Below, piece after piece: positions 1-9,770 of a stretch of DNA of 64,000 bases. Numbering within the stretch: the first letter of the stretch is position 1; each line of letters opens with the position of its first letter. The notes beneath the pieces were generated by a model that saw nothing but the letters and a program-made list of their open reading frames with translations, made no database searches and had not been told where the DNA came from. Source of the stretch: an uncultured delta proteobacterium. Its GTDB lineage: Bacteria; Desulfobacterota; Binatia; UBA9968. The stretch covers positions 160,001 through 224,000 of the forward strand of contig CAVXEP010000004.1 of assembly GCA_963760795.1 (NCBI GenBank), given 5' to 3'. The position numbers and the translations under genes are program-made.

Positions 1-2
1 CG

Positions 3-107
3 CGCCACAATCCGACCCAGGACACGCTCAACCGAATGCTAAAGCCATTCAAGCTTAAGCTCAGTCTCGCACCCATCGAAGAACCCAAGCGTAGCCGCGC
101 CGCATAG
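3..107 (+). CDS. 3' end of a probable addiction-module antidote / HTH antitoxin (partial, runs off window)
   Basis: Frame from nt 3 reads RHNPTQDTLNRMLKPFKLKLSLAPIEEPKRSRAA*, resembling the 'GNPtl.tl..vl.alglrL' C-terminus of HI1420-type antidote proteins. Confidence 0.55.
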   Translation, partial: RHNPTQDTLNRMLKPFKLKLSLAPIEEPKRSRAA

Positions 108-143
108 GCGATCTGGACGACAGGGGGGCATGGTGTAAAGAAA

Positions 144-278
144 TCACGCCTTCCTGAACAGCGGTATCACTTCCGCGCCGGCTTTGAGTCCGTCCAGATA
201 ATCGGCCAAGGCTTGCATCATCTTGCGCCGCTCCGGTAAATGCTCGGCGTGCGCAAGCTGCCGCTCGATGGCGTTGGG
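144..278 (-). pseudogene. C-terminal remnant of a P4-like tyrosine integrase
   Basis: PNAIERQLAHAEHLPERRKMMQALADYLDGLKAGAEVIPLFRKA* matches the typical P4-integrase tail; upstream sequence is unrelated. Confidence 0.8.
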
Positions 279-491
279 GAGCGAGCTCCGAGGCTCAGGT
301 CTTGAAACTTGCAAGCGTAGAACCTCTCTGTCTGCTTGCTGTTGAACCCAAAAGTTTTCTGAGCGCAAAACAGAGTGACCCGAGACACTGTATTTGCCGA
401 TCTTTATGCACCTGATAGGATGCGGCGAGCCAATTTTGTCGATCATCTTTGTCGATCATGGCGGCTGCGGCCGCCATTGAAAGGATCCCTG

Positions 492-1525
492 ATGGTTTTG
501 GTACGCCAACTCGACCGGCATGTCGCCGCCCGAACACTTGTCACCGCCGTTTTCACATTGCTGGCCGTCGCTTTCCCATTATTTTCCTGCCAGGCCGCGG
601 CGGCGCCCAACTAAAATCGTCATCAGCTACGCGATCCTCAGTGAGCGCGAGGGCGTGCTCATGGTCGCCCGCGATCAGGGCTTTTTCGCACAGGCAGGGA
701 CTCGATGTCGAATTGGTTTACATGCCGAGCGCGCCAATTTCCCTGGCAGCCATGGCCCGCGGCGACTCTCAGGTCAACACCGGTTCAGCCTCGGGGGCCA
801 TCCTCGGTGCCATGGCCGGCGGACTGGATCTGGTTTTCGTGGCCGGGCTGGTCAATAAACTAACCGGCGTCATTGTCACCGGGCCGAGTATCCACAGCCC
901 GGCCGATCTCAAGGGCAAGACCATCGGCGTGACCAGCATCGGCGGCGGCAACTGGGTGTTTACCATGCTCGCGCTCGAACATTGGAAGCTCGATGTCAAA
1001 CGCGACAATATAACCATCCGCGTCATCGGCAACGACTCGGTGCGCGCCCAGGCGATCACCAACGGCATCATCGACGCGACCCAGCTTTCCGCCTACTCGT
1101 TGGTGACGCCGTTGAAGCGCCAGGGCGCTCGGGTGCTGGCCGACCTGCCGGATCTCGGGGTGCCCTACCAGGGGGTGACGGTTTTTACCCGGCGCAGCTA
1201 TCTCAATCAAAACCCCGATACGGTGGAAAAACTGTTGACCGCGATGGTCGAAGCCATCGCCTTTATCCAGGACCCGGCGAATAAAGCCGCGGTGTTGCGC
1301 AGCTTGTCCAAAGGGCTGCGCCTGGCCAAACCCGAAGACAGCGCCGAGGGATACGAAAGCGTCAAGCCGCTGTTCGAACGGAAGATTTATCCGACGGTCG
1401 AGGGCGTGCGCAATACGATTCGACTCCTCGGCATGAGCAACGAAAAGATTCGCAATCTGCGGCCCGAAGAGATCATCGACGATCGCATCGTCCGGCGCTT
1501 GGAGCAGAAGGGTTTGTTTCGCTAG
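492..1525 (+). CDS. NitT/TauT (SsuA-like) ABC substrate-binding protein, two frameshifts (~608, ~690)
   Basis: ATG 492 after AAAGGA; signal peptide in one frame, KIVISYAILSERE..ARDQGFF in a second, GLDVELVY..DLKGKTIGVT.. in ORF 449..1525. Confidence 0.85.
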
Positions 1526-1571
1526 GTCGTCGCAGTCGCGACCGTTCAAACCGTTCAAGCCGGTCAACCGA

Positions 1572-1660
1572 CTGAACAGCTGCGGCCCGTTTCAAACGTT
1601 CCACCGCTACGCTCAGTTCAAGTCGTTCCAATCGTTAGCAGATTTAAGAAACGGAAACTT
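1572..1660 (+). repeat. GTTCAA-family dispersed repeat; inverted partner at 4854-4942
   Basis: Core 1572-1642 equals the reverse complement of 4872-4942 at 68/71 nt; similarity extends to about 89 nt; further GTTCAA units at 1543-1560. Confidence 0.9.
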
Positions 1661-1708
1661 GGGTGGTGTTGTGATGCAGTGATAAATGCTCTGCAGTGTC
1701 CAATCGCC

Positions 1709-1770
1709 GCCTAACCGCTCGCGTTCAGCGGCGCGAGCTTGGGCGCGTCCGCTGCAACGGGTTGTTGGGC
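1709..1770 (-). mobile_element. Integron attC-like recombination site
   Basis: Minus strand: R'' GCCCAAC, 5-nt spacer, L'' GTTGCAGC (one extra base vs L'), central hairpin, L' GCTGAAC, R' GTTAGGC; 30 nt downstream of the VOC gene stop. Confidence 0.75.
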
Positions 1771-1799
1771 GTCATCGAAGCCACACGCACTTGCCGGTG

Positions 1800-2156
1800 T
1801 TACCGCGCGATACTTTTGTCCACGGCCTCGGCAAATGCGATGTGATTCCCATCGGGGTCCACAATCATCAGTGTTTTGACCTTCGCCCCTGAGGTTCTTT
1901 GAGTGGCGTCGATGCCCAGCTTCTCAACATTTGCCACCACTTCTTCGATGTTGCTCACGGCGAGGGTGAAAGACCCACTGCCTGCTCGCTCCGGCAGCTG
2001 GTAGACCTGTAACCAGCCACCACGTGGAAACTTCCATTCCGCCACCTCGGTCATAGGTGTCGAATCTGGCGCTCTTCCGAGGAGTGGCTCGTACCACGTC
2101 ACGGCGGACCTCAACACCTTTACCGCAACGCCGGCTATCGCATTATCGATTGACAC
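1800..2156 (-). CDS. VOC/glyoxalase family protein (putative gene cassette)
   Basis: WYEPLLGR..., DPDGNHIAF VOC motif; 118 aa; followed by attC. Confidence 0.9.
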   Translation of the reverse strand: MSIDNAIAGVAVKVLRSAVTWYEPLLGRAPDSTPMTEVAEWKFPRGGWLQVYQLPERAGSGSFTLAVSNIEEVVANVEKLGIDATQRTSGAKVKTLMIVDPDGNHIAFAEAVDKSIAR

Positions 2157-2165
2157 AAGTTCTTT

Positions 2166-2202
2166 GTCCTACAAGGCAGTCGGCTGTAACGAAAGGTTAG
2201 GC
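2166..2202 (-). mobile_element. Truncated attC-like site (left half)
   Basis: Minus strand GCCTAAC-CTTTC-GTTACAGC-CGAC = R'', 5-nt spacer, L''; right arm missing, possible R' remnant TAGGAC. Confidence 0.55.
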
Positions 2203-2256
2203 GGCGCATTTCGTGCTGTGACCTCGATAGCGAACGTTGTGAACACCTTTCGAATG

Positions 2257-2652
2257 CTAGACATCGGTCTTGCCGAATCGGGGAATGCCTTGATTCCGGC
2301 CGGGAGGATCGAGGACTGTTTCGTCCAACGCGAGTGGCTCTCCGATCCATTGCGCTAGAGTGGTGTGGTCAGCGACATCATCTTGCGTGAGCGGGTGGAC
2401 AAGAATGGTTAGCCCACTGGAGGAAAGCAACGGGATCACTACCGTCAATGCCGCGGCTAAGAAGTGCACTTCAAACTGCGGCTTGGGGTGTGGCCCAACA
2501 CTCTTGTCGCGCATTTCGCCAACGAAGAGCAAGCTGGTTAGAAGCCCGTTGGCTCGCATCGCGTCCAGCTGGTGATGAAGCCGCTCGGCAACAGCTCGTG
2601 TGCGTGGCTCGTAATACACATGGGCGTGGTATGGGGCACTGGGTTCGTTCAT
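2257..2652 (-). CDS. DOPA 4,5-dioxygenase family protein
   Basis: YHAHVYY, VGPHP, LTILVHPLT..DHT..WIGEPL motifs; ATG at 2652. Confidence 0.9.
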   Translation of the reverse strand: MNEPSAPYHAHVYYEPRTRAVAERLHHQLDAMRANGLLTSLLFVGEMRDKSVGPHPKPQFEVHFLAAALTVVIPLLSSSGLTILVHPLTQDDVADHTTLAQWIGEPLALDETVLDPPGRNQGIPRFGKTDV

Positions 2653-2965
2653 GGCGTAGTCATTCCGGCGAGTTCGTAGCAATGCAGCGCTTTCTCACTC
2701 CGGCAGTTGCGGCCAGGTTAGCCGCCTATCCCACTTGGCCCGCAGCCTATTTCGGCTGCTAGGCACAGTCAAGTTTTTTGATCGAGTAGAATTGAACTGT
2801 ACGACGCTACGGTCATATCTCGCAGGATTTGGTTGCGGAAGAATGCAGGTCAATTACAGCCGCTTCGTGGATGACTCCATCGGTGGCCAGTAAATGTTCT
2901 CTTGAAGTACGCGCCGACATCCTCTATTAGCAGATAATCGTAACAAAGCTTGGTTAAATTATCCG

Positions 2966-4627
2966 ATGGCCATAGACGACTACTGGTTCAAGAACTCCGT
3001 TATTTACTGCCTGAACGTCGCTACCTACATGGACTTCAATGGCGACGGCATCGGGGACTTCGAGGGACTGAGCCGGCGGCTCGATTACCTGCACGGTCTC
3101 GGCGTCACCTGCATCTGGCTGCAGCCGTTCTACTGCTCGCCCAACCGCGACAACGGCTACGACGTCAGCGACTTCTACGGCGTAAGCCCGCGTTTCGGCA
3201 CCTCCGGAGACTTTGTCGAGCTGATGAACCACGCCCAGGCGCTCGGCATGCGGGTCATCGTCGACCTCGTCGCCAACCATACGTCCGACAAACACTCCTG
3301 GTTCCAGTCGGCGCGCGCCGATCCCGAGTCGCCTTTCCGGGACTGGTATGTCTGGAGCGACAAGCGGCCGCGCAACCACGCTACCGGCACGGTGTTCCCG
3401 CCGGTGCAGAAGACGACCTGGACATGGGACAGCAAAGCGCGCAAGTACTACTTCCACCGTTTCTATGAGTTCCAGCCCGATCTAAACACCCATAACGTCG
3501 TCTATCGCGACGAACTCTATAAGATCATGGGCTACTGGCTGCAGCTCGGCGTATCGGGCTTCCGCATGGATGCGGTTCCCTTTCTGGTGGAGCGCAAGGG
3601 CGCGGGCGTCAAGCCGGTAAAGGATTTCGAGCTGCTTCAAGAGATGCGGCGGTTCCTGCAATGGCGCTGCCGCGATGCCATCCTGCTCGCCGAGGCGAAC
3701 GTGCCTGCCGGCGAAAGCATGAAGTACTTCGGCGACGAGGGCGACCGCCTGCAGATGATGCTCAACTTCCCGGTAAATCAGCGGGTGTTCTACGCGCTGG
3801 CCACCGCGGACGTCAGGCCGCTGGCGCAGGCGATACGTGAGACGCTCGCCAACATTCCGAAAGACGCTCAATGGGTGCAGTTCCTGCGCAGCCACGACGA
3901 GCTGGATTTGGGGCGGCTCACCGAGGCGCAGCGCGAGCGTGTGTTCGCTGCATTCGCTCCCGAGCCTTCAATGCAGCTCTACAACCGGGGTATCCGCCGG
4001 CGCCTAGCGCCGATGCTAGGCAACGACCGCCGGCGCATGGAGCTTGCCTTCAGCCTGCTGTTCGCGCTGCCGGGCACGCCGATGCTGCAGTACGGCGACG
4101 AGATCGGCTTGGGCGAAGACCTGTCGCTGAAGGAGCGCGAGGCAACCCGCACACCCATGCAGTGGACCGACGAACCGCACGGCGGCTTCACCCGGGCGAA
4201 AAAGACCGTGCTGCCCGTCATTGACGATGGCATTTTCAGTTTCCGCAGGGTCAACGTGGACGCGCAGCGGCGGGACCCCAACTCGTTCATGAACTGGACG
4301 GCGCGCTTGATCCGCGTGCGCGGGGAATGCACCGAACTCTCGTGGGGCGAGTGCGAGGTCCTGGAGTGCGACACACCGCCGGTCTTGGTGCTGCACTACT
4401 GGTTCCGCAAGGCCTCCATGGTCACGCTCCACAACTTCAGCGCTACCGCGCAGACCCTGCGCCTCAGGCTCAAGGGGCCCGGTGGCCGGCGCCTCGTCGA
4501 TCTCATCGGCGAAGAGCACAGCCGCGCGGACAGCGGCGGCACGCATGAGATCGCGCTCGACGGCTACGGCTACCGCTGGTACCGCGTAGGCGCGGTCGAC
4601 GAAACTCTGATTCGCGAGACCTTCTGA
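2966..4627 (+). CDS. GH13 alpha-amylase family protein, trehalose synthase (TreS)-like
   Basis: DFNGDGIGDF, NHTSD, catalytic GFRMDAVPF / LAEAN / FLRSHDEL, YGDEIG, RTPMQW. Confidence 0.9.
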   Translation: MAIDDYWFKNSVIYCLNVATYMDFNGDGIGDFEGLSRRLDYLHGLGVTCIWLQPFYCSPNRDNGYDVSDFYGVSPRFGTSGDFVELMNHAQALGMRVIVDLVANHTSDKHSWFQSARADPESPFRDWYVWSDKRPRNHATGTVFPPVQKTTWTWDSKARKYYFHRFYEFQPDLNTHNVVYRDELYKIMGYWLQLGVSGFRMDAVPFLVERKGAGVKPVKDFELLQEMRRFLQWRCRDAILLAEANVPAGESMKYFGDEGDRLQMMLNFPVNQRVFYALATADVRPLAQAIRETLANIPKDAQWVQFLRSHDELDLGRLTEAQRERVFAAFAPEPSMQLYNRGIRRRLAPMLGNDRRRMELAFSLLFALPGTPMLQYGDEIGLGEDLSLKEREATRTPMQWTDEPHGGFTRAKKTVLPVIDDGIFSFRRVNVDAQRRDPNSFMNWTARLIRVRGECTELSWGECEVLECDTPPVLVLHYWFRKASMVTLHNFSATAQTLRLRLKGPGGRRLVDLIGEEHSRADSGGTHEIALDGYGYRWYRVGAVDETLIRETF

Positions 4628-4853
4628 CGACCGTATCGACGCCTCCGGTTCTGCGCGAACTTTGATGCTGGTTATGCAGATTGAATGGAACGACGAAACT
4701 GACAAACATCATCGACGCTTTCTTCCCAGGGGTTGGTGTCTTGTGGCGCGAAGGATGTGCTCAGTTCATAACGTTTAAAGGTGAGATAGTTGAAAAGAGC
4801 TTGGCGTCAAAGCGCGGCGCCGCAATGTGACAGAAGCAGATAGCCCGAAGTAT

Positions 4854-4942
4854 AAGTTTCCGCTTCGCAATTCTGCTGACGATTGGAACGACTTGAACTG
4901 AGCGTAGCGGTGGAACGTTTGAAACCGGCCGCAGTTGTTCAG
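4854..4942 (-). repeat. GTTCAA-family dispersed repeat; inverted partner of 1572-1660
   Basis: Reverse complement aligns with 1572-1660 with about 7 mismatches. Confidence 0.9.
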
Positions 4943-4997
4943 CTGCTAGGACATAGCTGGGTGCAACCGGTGAACTCCTTGTTTTGATCTCCTGAAT

Positions 4998-5811
4998 ATG
5001 GCGAATCGAGTCTTTCTCATCGCGCTTGGCGCGCGCCTTCGGCGGAGCGCTCATTTTCTCCTTGCCCATGCTCATGACGATGGAGATGTGGTGGCTTGGC
5101 TTCTCCATGCATCCTTGGAAACTCGCTCTCTTACTGTTGGCCACCATACCGCTCTTGATCGGTCTCTCTCATTACATGGGCTTTGAGGAAACGTTCGGGT
5201 TCATAGACGATGCCCTGGACTCCTTTGTGGCGCTGGCGGTGGGATTCATTGCCGCGGCCGTGAGCCTTGCGCTTTTTTCGGTGATAGACAGCGAAATGTC
5301 GGTGGCAGAGATCATCGGGAAAATATCGATTCAGGCGGTGCCGGGCAGCATCGGTGCGATGTTTGCGCAAAGCGAATTTGGCGGGGACGAGAAACAGCAG
5401 CGGGAAAAACAGCGCCACGCCGGGTATTTCGGGGAAATTTTTATCATGGCGGCCGGCGCGCTCTTCCTCGCTTTCAACCTCGCTCCGACGGATGAGATCA
5501 TGTTGATCGGCCATCAAATGAGCCCCTGGCACTCGATCGCCCTTGTCGTGGTCTCTCTTTTCGTCATGCATGCATTTGTCTATTCGGTCGAGTTTCTGGG
5601 AAGCGCGCCGATCCCGGAGGGAGCCTCCCGGCGCGGCATCTTCGTGCGCTATACGGTCGTGGGCTATGCTATTGTATTGCTGATGAGCGCCTACATTCTT
5701 TGGACCTTTGGGCGAACCGACGGCTTGCCGATCGGTCAAGTGATATCGCCTTTGGTTGTGCTCGGCTTTCCATCGGCCGTCGGCGCGGCAGCCGCAAGGC
5801 TAATTCTATAA
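4998..5811 (+). CDS. TIGR02587 family integral membrane protein (probable +1 frameshift near 5030)
   Basis: ARAFGGALIFSLPMLMTMEMWWLG, FNLAPTDE, LGFPSAVGAAAARLIL; paired with a TIGR02588-like gene. Confidence 0.85.
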
Positions 5812-5821
5812 CTGCACCGCC

Positions 5822-6304
5822 ATGGCGACGCGCACTAAAAAACCAGATCAAAAACGGCGACCCAGCGACAACGAAAGCGCGGTGCCGGGCAGTTCACGGT
5901 CCGGTTTTTCCGGCAATACGCAACAGGCTCAAGCCATTCCTGCTTTGGAATGGATCATGGGGGGCATAGGCTTTTTCATCATCGCCTGCGTGCTCGGGTT
6001 CCTGCTGTATACGGGGATCAACGAAGACCATCCGGTGCCCGACGTGAAATTGTCGGTGGATTCAGTGCTGCGAATTCGCAACGGTTATCTAGTTCGTGTG
6101 ACTGCGACGAACGAGGGCGGCTTGACTGCAGGGGGAGTGATCGTGGAAGGCGAGCTGCGGCAGGGGGCGGAGCCGGTAGAGCGCAGCGAAACGGTGATCG
6201 AGTTTCTTCCGTCGCGCTCGAAGAAGCGCGCGGGTCTCTTCTTTACCAGGGATCCAAACCAATTCGAGCTCAAGCTGCGCCCGCTCGGATATGAGGAACA
6301 ATAG
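5822..6304 (+). CDS. TIGR02588 family protein
   Basis: LEWIMG TM segment, N.GG.TA..V.VEGEL, FLP..S.....LFFTRDP; adjacent to TIGR02587 gene. Confidence 0.85.
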   Translation: MATRTKKPDQKRRPSDNESAVPGSSRSGFSGNTQQAQAIPALEWIMGGIGFFIIACVLGFLLYTGINEDHPVPDVKLSVDSVLRIRNGYLVRVTATNEGGLTAGGVIVEGELRQGAEPVERSETVIEFLPSRSKKRAGLFFTRDPNQFELKLRPLGYEEQ

Positions 6305-6325
6305 TTTTCGCAACAGGCAATGACT

Positions 6326-6500
6326 CGTTCAACCGCTTTGCTCCGTTCAAAACGTTATCGGACTAGGCGTCGTTCAAAGGTTCAAGCGTTCAAGGTCAGA
6401 TTTGGGAGAGATGAAGATAAGAACGGGCCAATTCATGGTGCAAGTGTTCAAAGTCGGGGCGAAGCGTGTTCGAACACGTTCCAGGGTTCCAATTCTTTCA
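6326..6500 (+). repeat. Degenerate GTTCAA-family periodic repeat tract
   Basis: CGTTCAACCGCTTTGCTCCGTTCAAAACGTT resembles 1597-1627; GTTCAAAG-GTTCAAGC-GTTCAAGG run at about 6372-6395. Confidence 0.75.
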
Positions 6501-6543
6501 ATGCCAATTGCGCTGCGCGTAGCTAGGTTACTTTCACAGCGCT

Positions 6544-6563
6544 ATTGACATGACTTCGTCAAT
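6544..6563 (+). promoter_or_regulatory. Palindromic operator-like site overlapping a TTGACA -35 box
   Basis: ATTGAC-N8-GTCAAT upstream of the Bug-family gene. Confidence 0.35.
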
Positions 6564-6789
6564 GGTTTTTCTTAGGGTGCTTCGGCTCGAGCGACCAGGC
6601 GGTTTGCTGCACAAGCACTTCCAAAACTACGATTCGGTCGAAACTTTTCGCAACGCCAACGCGTCACGCAATGGCAATGGGCCAAAGCGCAGGGCGAACC
6701 GGCTAACTTGCATGACGCCGGGCTAATTTTGTGATTCTGTGAAATGAAAAAATCCAGCGACTAGATAGCCAGCATTGGAGAAAGTAAGA

Positions 6790-7836
6790 ATGAAAAAAAC
6801 CAGCATCCTAAGTATTTTCTTGGGGCTGATATTTCTATTGCCTGCCGTTGGTCCGGCGCAGACGCCTTTCTATGAGGGAAAGACGTTGACGGTAATACTC
6901 AGCACCGATCCCGCGGGAACGTCGTCGGTTCGCCTCAGACCGTTGATTCCCTATTTGCGCAAACACATTCCCGGCAATCCAACCATCGTGGTCGATTATA
7001 TGGAGGGCGGCGGAGGTCGTAAGGGGGCGAACCATGTTTTTCGAAGCGCTCGCCCTGACGGTTTGACCGTGGGCGCCTTGAGCAGTTCGGTGATCGCGCT
7101 GAGCCTGCTGGGCGAGAGCGGCATCATGTACGATATCAACAAGTTCATCTATCTCGGCGCCACTGAAGGCATCGCGCATCAAGTGTTTTATACGAGAAAA
7201 GAACTTGGTCTGGACAGTTTGGATAAGCTGCGGGCGGCGAGCGGCATCAGATTGGGCGCCCAGTCCGTCGGCCATGCCGGATACATCGCCGGACGGGTGT
7301 TTGCCTACTTGATGGGATTGAAAGAGCCGAAATTTGCCACCGGCTATACCGGTCCCGAACTCGACGTGGCGCTGCTTAGCGGCGAGATCGATGCCCGGTC
7401 GAATCTGGCGACTTCGATTTTGATGCGCAACTCGGACTGGCTCGACAAGGGGACGATGAATTTTCACGCCATCGTGGATATTCCCAAGGGGTCGAAGCAT
7501 CCTCGATTCGCCAAGCTTGCCGAGCTCGAGAGCTTCGCGAAATCCGAAACAGACCGCAGGCTGGTTACCATATTCCGCTCGTTTAGAAACGCCGGGGCGC
7601 CGTTCGTTGTGCCCCCCGGGACGCCCAAAGACCGGGTAGAGATACTGCGGGAGGCGGTGCGCCGGGCATTCAAAGATCCCGAATTTCTCGCCGACTACAA
7701 GAAAATTATCCGAGAGGATTTCGAACCGGTGATGCCGGAAGAAGTCGACAAGGCGATTCGGGAGATTCCGCGCGACCCCGAGGTCAACGAATTGGTCAAG
7801 AAACTCACCGGGCCGGGTCCGATGCCTTTGCGCTGA
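6790..7836 (+). CDS. Bug/TctC family tripartite tricarboxylate transporter substrate-binding protein
   Basis: Signal peptide, FYEGKTLT, HIPGNPTIVV..M.GGGG, ARPDGLT, PPGTPKDRVEILR. Confidence 0.9.
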   Translation: MKKTSILSIFLGLIFLLPAVGPAQTPFYEGKTLTVILSTDPAGTSSVRLRPLIPYLRKHIPGNPTIVVDYMEGGGGRKGANHVFRSARPDGLTVGALSSSVIALSLLGESGIMYDINKFIYLGATEGIAHQVFYTRKELGLDSLDKLRAASGIRLGAQSVGHAGYIAGRVFAYLMGLKEPKFATGYTGPELDVALLSGEIDARSNLATSILMRNSDWLDKGTMNFHAIVDIPKGSKHPRFAKLAELESFAKSETDRRLVTIFRSFRNAGAPFVVPPGTPKDRVEILREAVRRAFKDPEFLADYKKIIREDFEPVMPEEVDKAIREIPRDPEVNELVKKLTGPGPMPLR

Positions 7837-7970
7837 CGACGCGGCTCGATCGGGCGCGGATACCTTGTAAATGGAGGAGCAGATTCCGAGGGTCTTGAAG
7901 ATTGCATGTCGAACAAATCGGCACAGAGGGCAGAGCCGAGGTCGGACTTTTAAAACGTAACTATCTTTAC

Positions 7971-8483
7971 TCAGCGGACGATGGAGTTAGAAGCTTCACG
8001 ACGGCGCTCCTTGAGCCGAGGCAAATAGGTGCGAAGAAAGTAATTTTCAAACGACCCGATACCATGCTCTTCCAGACGTTTTTTGCCGTTGTCTTGGAAC
8101 TCTAAATACAAGGTCTCGCCGGTGCGCCGCAGGGATAGCAACGGCATGGGCCGCTTATCGAGGTAATGGCCGACAGTGCGCAAAGTCTGCGAACGGCGAA
8201 AAAAATCAGGGATTTGATCCGGATTCTTGCGTGACGTTTCGCCGCGAATCTGCAGCCAGAGAACGCCCTTCAAGCTGTAATGAATTTCCACCGACCGCTC
8301 GGTGGGCGCGGCTTTTTTGCCAAGCACCTTGTCGACCCAGCGCGTCTCCACCTGGGCGATGCCTTGCGTGCGCACGACAAACTCGTCGCCCTGCAATGCT
8401 AGCGAAAAGTCCTGGACGCCGCGCTCTTCTAAAGACTGTCCGATGGCGCGAAACGTTTGCGAATACGACAAGCCGTGAAACAT
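7971..8483 (-). CDS. Hypothetical protein with internal duplicated motif
   Basis: 170 aa; YSQTFRAIGQSLE and RSQTLRTVGHYLD are two copies of one motif. Confidence 0.7.
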   Translation of the reverse strand: MFHGLSYSQTFRAIGQSLEERGVQDFSLALQGDEFVVRTQGIAQVETRWVDKVLGKKAAPTERSVEIHYSLKGVLWLQIRGETSRKNPDQIPDFFRRSQTLRTVGHYLDKRPMPLLSLRRTGETLYLEFQDNGKKRLEEHGIGSFENYFLRTYLPRLKERRREASNSIVR

Positions 8484-8687
8484 ATTCAGCGCTTAGTGCC
8501 CCGTTCACGAAAAGGGAGTTTACTCACTCTCCTTGTCGTCGCGTAGCTATCGGCGTTACTACCATTTCCTCGGGCTCCCGGTTCTGTCTCCGGTGATTAC
8601 CCGCGACAGATATCGCGGTGATGCCTCGGTCCTATCACTTTAGGATTTAATTGCCAATGTTATTTGCAATGGGATTGGCTGCGTCTC

Positions 8688-8769
8688 CTCAATTTGAAAG
8701 TGGCCGAACCGATCAACCTGACGGTTCCGCCCAACGTACCGGTGCGAGCGGATCAGGGCGGTCAAGTAG
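8688..8769 (+). pseudogene. C-terminal fragment of a PF04392-type ABC substrate-binding protein
   Basis: LNLKVAEPINLTVPPNVPVRADQ(AVK*) resembles the family terminus INLKTAK.IGLTIPP.VL.RAD.VI. Confidence 0.65.
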
Positions 8770-9172
8770 GCTATTAAGTTGAACTGTATCCTCCCGCCAG
8801 CCTCCACCCCAGACTATTTGTTGCTTCGAGTGGAGCCCGATTGTCGTCCTTGTGCGCACCGTCTACTAAATCACTCAAGCTCATTGGACGTGGATTCGTC
8901 CCGCTCCAATCCCCCATCGCCATTTAGAATTCCTTACACCACACTGCCGCCGGAACAATTCTTCTACCCGCCGGTAAAAATGTCCGTTTAGAGCAGCAGT
9001 AATAAGCGCGCAATCGAATGACAAGCTATCAGTAGGACGGTTTAAAAATAGCGAGCTAATGAATCCAAACCACTCCTTCTGAACGTAATAATCGCGCCAA
9101 AAGTGATCAAGCGATTCGGTATAGTTGTTGCTCATACACAATATGTTCTAAAAACTTTACAGGAGGATTTGT

Positions 9173-9571
9173 ATGGATTCAAAAAAACTGAGGCGGTTAG
9201 TAGCTGTGAGCGCGGTGGCCGTTTTCATGGGTGGAGCGTCGGCGATCCAGGCGCAAGTGCCGCCGATTGTCATCGATACTGACGGCGATGGAGTAGAAGA
9301 CACTCTTGATCAATGCCCGACCAGTGATCTTTCGGCGAAAGTATTGATCAATGGTGTCAATACCGGAATTGCCAATACCGAAGCCAATCCGGCGGGTTGT
9401 ACGTTCGCTGATCTTGTCCAGGAGATGATTGACACCTGCCTCGATGATGCCAAAAATCATGGGCAGTTTGTCAGTTGCGTGTCGCACGAGACCAACATCC
9501 TCAAGCGCGCAAAAACCATCACGGGGCAGCAGAAGGGTAAGATCCAAAGCATCGTGGCGAAAATGCGCTAG
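9173..9571 (+). CDS. Secreted protein with a thrombospondin type-3-like Ca-binding motif
   Basis: AGGAGG RBS, signal peptide, DTDGDGVEDTLDQCP, C..DAKNHGQFVSCVSH. Confidence 0.85.
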   Translation: MDSKKLRRLVAVSAVAVFMGGASAIQAQVPPIVIDTDGDGVEDTLDQCPTSDLSAKVLINGVNTGIANTEANPAGCTFADLVQEMIDTCLDDAKNHGQFVSCVSHETNILKRAKTITGQQKGKIQSIVAKMR

Positions 9572-9603
9572 TCTCTAGATTCTTACCTCCCAGATTCTCG
9601 TCT

Positions 9604-9654
9604 TAAAGCTCAGCTCTCCTTTTGGTCTATGACCAGAAGGAGAGCTGAGCTTTA
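9604..9654. terminator. Long hairpin / bidirectional terminator
   Basis: 24-bp stem TAAAGCTCAGCTCTCCTTTTGGTC-TAT-GACCAGAAGGAGAGCTGAGCTTTA with one G-U pair. Confidence 0.75.
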
Positions 9655-9770
9655 GTTATTTCGGTAGTAAGCATAAAAAAACGCTGCCATATTTTTATCA
9701 CGCTTGCCAAATCAGCGATCGGTTGAGCAGCGAAGATTTTTGGATCTGGGGAAGTGGTTGATTGGCTGGA

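Noticed and set aside
1540-1660. GTTCAA/TTGAAC repeats as a CRISPR array
   Set aside because: No constant 23-47-nt repeats with unique spacers and no cas genes anywhere in the window.
4761-5147. 128-aa minus-strand ORF
   Set aside because: Translates the repeat (VSNVPPLRSVQVVP) and the antisense of the TIGR02587 gene.
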